DNA of 64,000 bases from Sphingosinicella sp. (GTDB lineage Bacteria; Pseudomonadota; Alphaproteobacteria; Sphingomonadales; Sphingomonadaceae): positions 1,006,270 to 1,070,269 of the forward strand of contig NZ_JAYRYK010000001.1 in the NCBI RefSeq assembly GCF_041916975.1, written 5' to 3'. The stretch's first letter is position 1, and every line of letters starts with the position of its first letter. Shown here one piece after another: positions 63,997 to 64,000 of the stretch. Both the position numbers and the translations under genes were made by a program. Under the pieces are notes generated by a model. That model was given only the letters and a program-made list of their open reading frames with translations. It searched no databases and was not told where the DNA came from.

Positions 63997-64000
63997 CGCG

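Overview
Visibly GC-rich, densely coding chromosomal segment of an alphaproteobacterium. It is most likely from the Sphingomonadales: the serine palmitoyltransferase is almost motif-identical to Sphingomonas Spt, and a PhyR/NepR/EcfG general-stress locus is present. All calls come from reading the supplied ORF translations and the DNA by eye; no searches were run. I support about 73 protein-coding genes, many translationally coupled by 4-nt ATGA/GTGA overlaps. I saw no rRNA, tRNA, CRISPR array, transposase or prophage genes.

Gene order:
- pdxJ-acpS-lepB
- a DUF559 gene bracketed by a structured repeat
- FKBP, rpsU, a COQ9-like gene, feoAB, ssb
- yceD-like, a cyt-c chaperone-like gene, bamE
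- a long minus-strand run: hppA, a FliL-like gene, thiL, nusB, ribH, ribB, ribE, ribD, a hypothetical, tonB, gltX, nadE
- plsY-dprA-aat
- DUF2155-mlaD-NDUFA12-DUF192, and a two-domain cold-shock protein
- coxG-xdhC-MoeA/MocA, recX
- a ~14 kb sphingolipid block at 29.4-43.3 kb: acyl-AMP ligase, reductase, ACP, Spt | Tam41-like, lipid kinase, DUF2141 | lptF, lptG, MOP flippase, TagF-like transferase, His-box hydroxylase, GNAT-like ceramide synthase
- xthA, erpA, an M23 peptidase, DUF455, bcp, glnE
- the general-stress locus: an in-frame NepR-EcfG fusion, a small TM ORF, phyR and a HisKA_2 kinase
- an entericidin-like lipoprotein, tatCBA, scpBA, nagZ, a SPOR protein, argS, a GGDEF cyclase, dgt and a second SPOR protein

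Most interesting observations:
1. The sphingolipid synthesis, modification and export super-cluster. It includes an uncharacterised kinase / Tam41-like / DUF2141 operon, and lptFG is coupled to a flippase and a TagF-like enzyme.
2. An anti-sigma (NepR) motif fused in frame to the EcfG sigma factor.
3. A perfect EcfG-type promoter driving a ~90-nt terminator-bounded candidate sRNA with C-rich loops beside the stress locus.
4. A RibB enzyme with an N-terminal HTH extension, an adjacent AT-rich palindrome and a degenerate cyclohydrolase domain.
5. A DUF559 cassette bracketed exactly by a three-copy structured repeat.
6. acpS lacks any canonical start codon for its conserved N-terminus.

Many very long ORFs in the track are GC-driven antisense shadows and were rejected.
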